DNA of 64,000 nucleotides from Bdellovibrionales bacterium (GTDB taxonomy: Bacteria > Bdellovibrionota > Bdellovibrionia > Bdellovibrionales > UBA1609). The stretch covers positions 72,520 to 136,519 of the forward strand of contig JAYUKW010000012.1 of the NCBI GenBank assembly GCA_043764155.1. Direction: 5' to 3'. A program made the position numbers and the translations under genes. Positions 61,028 to 64,000 of the stretch are shown piece after piece (positions within the stretch are counted from its first letter, which is position 1; each line of letters begins with the position of its first letter). Under the pieces are notes generated by a model. It saw nothing but the letters and a program-made list of their open reading frames with translations. It was not told where the DNA came from and searched no databases.

Positions 61028-62434
61028 ATGATTTCACGTACTTTAGTCTGGGTTTTGATAGTTATTGTGGGCTTTTCACAAGAAGTGGCTGCTGACATTT
61101 ACACTCCAGTTTCGGTGAATTTAACGGTTGATGAGTTCAATACTGTTTTAAATCGATACTTTGAAAGTGGTTTTAAGCTTGAAGATTCACTTGATGAAAT
61201 TCCAAAAATTAATGGTCTAGATGCCAAGTTTAGTTCAGTAAAATATAAGGCCAATATCAAACCAAAATTTGAGTTAGATCAAAACTCTAAGATTAAAATA
61301 TATTCAAAAATAGATTTCGCTCAATTTGAAATAAATAGATTAGATTTGAAATATAAAACGACTCGAAAAGTGGGGTCGACAACTATAAATATAAAAACAG
61401 AAATCAAATGTGATTATTTAAAAATATATATGCAAGATGGAATTGAATATAATGTTGAAGGTGTATTAGAAAAAAATAAACCAAAAATTACAAAGTCTGA
61501 TCTTCCAGATAATTTGGACTTTAAAATTGATTCTTCAAATTGTACAGGACCAAAAGATTTTGAAACTTTTCTTCCTGAAATTGCACTAAAATGGTTAGCC
61601 ACAAGAGATGGAAATATAGAAACTTTAAAATTTATTAATCAAGAAATCATTGATGCTTTTTGGATAAACTTAAAAAAAGGAATTGAAATAGATATTTTTG
61701 GCAGAAAAATATATCTAGCATTATTAAATTTTATTCAGGATGGAAAAGATTTTAAAGTGAATCTTATGGTTCGTTGGCCTAAGAATGATCAATTTTATTT
61801 AAATCTTAAAGATCCCGATTCCGAAGGCAGTTTAACTATGAAGTCGATGGACTTCGACAGAGTATTAAATCAATGGATCAAAGGTGGATGTTTTGAATTT
61901 ACATTTTTACGATCAGATATGCCCGCAGTCGATAAACTATTTAATAACAGACTTTATCAATTTTTTATATGGAATGATTTAACCAACTTTTCCAAATCAG
62001 CAAACTTTAATTTGAAAGTTAAGCTATGTTTAGAAGATATTAAATTAGAATCCGATCTTTATCACGGGTTACGATTTAAACATAAATCTAGCGTCATTGT
62101 TCAAATGAATTTTCTAGGGACAGAAAATAAAGAACTTCCCTATGTATTTTTGTGGTCCAAAGTAGAAGGCTATATTGATATAGTCACCAATGAGAACGGT
62201 ATGGCCCTGAGACTCCAAAAATCAACGTTTGATTTCAAGTACAGTTACCATCCAAAAATGTCAGAGTGGCGTAAATCAAAACCTTCCGGCGGACCAGCAA
62301 TAAAAACAATTATGGGATATGTACTGCCGGCGATTGAAGAGTTAAAAACTGTAATGCTTCCCAACTTCAAAGAGGTCTTCGAAAACAAAAAAGTAATCTA
62401 TAATCAAAACTCAAATCTATACTTCAAAGATTAA
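61028..62434 (+). CDS. Hypothetical secreted protein (468 aa)
   Basis: Signal peptide (MISRTLVWVLIVIVGFSQEVAA). It is beta-rich and Lys/Asn-rich, with two roughly equal halves. No family was recognised with confidence. Confidence 0.5.
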   Translation: MISRTLVWVLIVIVGFSQEVAADIYTPVSVNLTVDEFNTVLNRYFESGFKLEDSLDEIPKINGLDAKFSSVKYKANIKPKFELDQNSKIKIYSKIDFAQFEINRLDLKYKTTRKVGSTTINIKTEIKCDYLKIYMQDGIEYNVEGVLEKNKPKITKSDLPDNLDFKIDSSNCTGPKDFETFLPEIALKWLATRDGNIETLKFINQEIIDAFWINLKKGIEIDIFGRKIYLALLNFIQDGKDFKVNLMVRWPKNDQFYLNLKDPDSEGSLTMKSMDFDRVLNQWIKGGCFEFTFLRSDMPAVDKLFNNRLYQFFIWNDLTNFSKSANFNLKVKLCLEDIKLESDLYHGLRFKHKSSVIVQMNFLGTENKELPYVFLWSKVEGYIDIVTNENGMALRLQKSTFDFKYSYHPKMSEWRKSKPSGGPAIKTIMGYVLPAIEELKTVMLPNFKEVFENKKVIYNQNSNLYFKD

Positions 62435-62467
62435 AATATCCAAGTGTACAGAATAGTGACTTAGATT

Positions 62468-62514
62468 CTAGTTTTTATAATTTTAAATGAATAAATTAAA
62501 ATTATAAAAACTAG
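62468..62514. repeat. Perfect 19-bp AT-rich inverted repeat between convergent genes (a possible bidirectional terminator)
   Basis: CTAGTTTTTATAATTTTAA (62468-62486) and TTAAAATTATAAAAACTAG (62496-62514) are exact reverse complements around a 9-nt loop. The right arm contains the TAG stop of the minus-strand gene. Confidence 0.6.
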
Positions 62515-63845
62515 AACCGAGCTTGATATCCAAGATAGGCATCTACAATATCACTTTTGACAAATCCACTTAAGATCTCTGGAACAGGTCCATCAATAAA
62601 TGCGGCAGTAGATTTAAAATAATAATTTTCGTTAAAATTTAATTTTAACGAGGCTTGAACCACATTCACATTTAACGAGTAACTTTTAATGTAGCCTACA
62701 CTTAACTCATAATTTTTTTGATCCCACAAAAAACCCAACAGTAGAGCTTCTTGTAATGGTGGTAATATGCTTGTAGATCCAGTTTGTGCGTTTGAGCTTT
62801 TACCATAAAAGCCTTGAAGCACGCCTTTTAAAATATCACCAAAGACAGGAATGCCCCATTCAAGGCTTAAACTAGAATTGTATATATAATTCTCAGTCAC
62901 ATTTTCGGAATTATTTCCTTTACCAAGTGATACTGAGTTTTCAAAAATTATACGCCACTGAATAGGAGTTGTGTAAACAAAACCAAAACCTAAGCGTTGA
63001 ATTAAGTTGTGAACGGGACGAAGTAGAATTGGATAGTCAGTCCGAACCGTATTGCCGCTGACAACAGTTGTGTTGAGTTCAAGTTCTAGGTTTGTGTCTG
63101 TATCAAGACCTCGGTAATATTGCCACACCCAATCCCAATTTTTGGTCTCAAATTCGCCAACTAGCGCCACGTTATGAAAGTTACTGTTGTTATTGTGTTT
63201 ATACGTTAGCCACTCGTAAGTAGGGTCAGGTGGAAACTCAACAGTGTCACTGCCTTCTGAAACCTTGGGTGGTAAAGTCCTTGGTAACCAAAATGACTTT
63301 ACCCCAGGGAAGGGCATTTCAAATCTATAGGGAATATAGCTTAAGCGCCAAAATGTTTCGCCTAATTTAAAACTTGTACGAAGACTAAAATCTGAAAATC
63401 GTTTTGGGCTTAAAATATCAGTGTATGATTTTTGATCCACAAAATCTAATGGACTACTGATACGTGACAATCCATATTGATGTTCTAAAAACCCAAATGA
63501 AAAAACTAAAGTTTCAGATTTAACTAAATATTTTGTGCCAGTGGCATTAAAAAACAAATTTGTACCTAGTGAATTTTCTAAAGTCCCGGCTTCAGCGTAA
63601 AAATTGAGTTGATAGTATTTACTAGAATTTAATCTTTGAAAATTTTTATAGTCTAAATGCAAAAACCCATTTAAGTCTTTTTGATTTAAAAAATAGTAAG
63701 GATGGGCTTCGATATTTAATTCAGAATTAGATTTAGATATCGTATTTGTTTTAATTTTTGTTTGTGGTTGTTTTTTGGCCTGCACGGACTGAAAACATAT
63801 CAATATTGTGAAAGTAAATAAAAAACTAATTTTTTTAAAACACAT
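62511..63845 (-). CDS. Hypothetical outer-membrane beta-barrel protein
   Basis: The ATG at 63845 gives a signal peptide (MCFKKISFLFTFTILICFQSVQA). The protein has many alternating-hydrophobic strands and a C-terminal LGYQARF with terminal Phe, which is an OMP signature. The track start at 63977 adds 44 non-signal residues that overlap the upstream gene's frame. Confidence 0.6.
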   Translation of the reverse strand: MCFKKISFLFTFTILICFQSVQAKKQPQTKIKTNTISKSNSELNIEAHPYYFLNQKDLNGFLHLDYKNFQRLNSSKYYQLNFYAEAGTLENSLGTNLFFNATGTKYLVKSETLVFSFGFLEHQYGLSRISSPLDFVDQKSYTDILSPKRFSDFSLRTSFKLGETFWRLSYIPYRFEMPFPGVKSFWLPRTLPPKVSEGSDTVEFPPDPTYEWLTYKHNNNSNFHNVALVGEFETKNWDWVWQYYRGLDTDTNLELELNTTVVSGNTVRTDYPILLRPVHNLIQRLGFGFVYTTPIQWRIIFENSVSLGKGNNSENVTENYIYNSSLSLEWGIPVFGDILKGVLQGFYGKSSNAQTGSTSILPPLQEALLLGFLWDQKNYELSVGYIKSYSLNVNVVQASLKLNFNENYYFKSTAAFIDGPVPEILSGFVKSDIVDAYLGYQARF

Positions 63846-63852
63846 AATTTGA

Positions 63853-64000
63853 TTATGAGCCAGGGGCAAAGTTTTTAGTATTATTTCTTGGTTTTGACTT
63901 TTCAAAAGGAAAGTCATTGCCGCTAGGCATTGGGGCGTGTCCAACTTGGGCCTCAATATTATTGGAGAAGCGTCCAATTGAAGGCTCCCATCTGACTTTG
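63853..64000 (-). CDS. 3' end of an unidentified gene running in from beyond the window end
   Basis: An open frame from the edge translates to KVRWEPSIGRFSNNIEAQVGHAPMPSGNDFPFEKSKPRNNTKNFAPGS with a TAA at 63855-63853, 7 nt before the beta-barrel gene start. This suggests an operon. The identity is unknown. Confidence 0.35.
   Translation of the reverse strand, partial: KVRWEPSIGRFSNNIEAQVGHAPMPSGNDFPFEKSKPRNNTKNFAPGS

Overview
This window looks like the chromosomal replication-origin region of a low-GC (roughly one-third G+C by eye) Gram-negative bacterium. The lineage is possibly Bdellovibrionota/Oligoflexia-like, but that is a low-confidence inference. All calls rest on motifs I recognise in the supplied translations and on reading the DNA. 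No BLAST, HMM or folding was run.

Gene order:
- Minus strand, 1-7056: nuoN(partial)-M-L-K-J-H-A, which is the membrane arm of complex I only.
- mfd (+), then a small beta-barrel-like protein (-) and a secreted GH3 NagZ-like hydrolase (+).
- A small AT-rich accessory islet at about 13.3-15.8 kb, holding an AbiEi/AbiEii type IV toxin-antitoxin/abortive-infection pair, about 320 nt of non-coding DNA and an orphan secreted ORF.
- Minus strand: atpC-D-G-A-H-F-F', a bactofilin, parB-parA with two parS palindromes, then rsmG-mnmG-mnmE-jag-yidC-yidD-rnpA-rpmH.
- Plus strand: dnaA, oriC (DnaA boxes, a GC cluster, a perfect (CTA)6 DnaA-trio array and an AT-rich tract), dnaN-recF-gyrB-gyrA, a TPR lipoprotein, and atpZ-like/atpI-like/atpB/atpE.
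- Minus strand: an S8 protease, a phosphohexomutase, pdxA, three tandem SurA/parvulin genes, a DUF374-like gene and etfA-etfB.
- sdhCAB (+), an alpha/beta hydrolase and an FHA protein (-), and rpsF-membrane protein-rplI (+).
- An envelope cluster of uncharacterised genes: YceI-like, a 468-aa secreted protein, a 444-aa beta-barrel and a partial ORF.

I found no rRNA, tRNA, CRISPR array, transposase or integrase.

I do not see a convincing new multi-gene system. The most unusual signals are the very regular DnaA-trio origin, an ectopic DnaA-box cluster at about 56.0 kb, the AbiE islet with its unexplained non-coding DNA and orphan ORF, the nuoA-nuoH fusion of the operon, a possible slippery-A7 start problem in the AtpZ-like gene, and the 60-64 kb envelope cluster.
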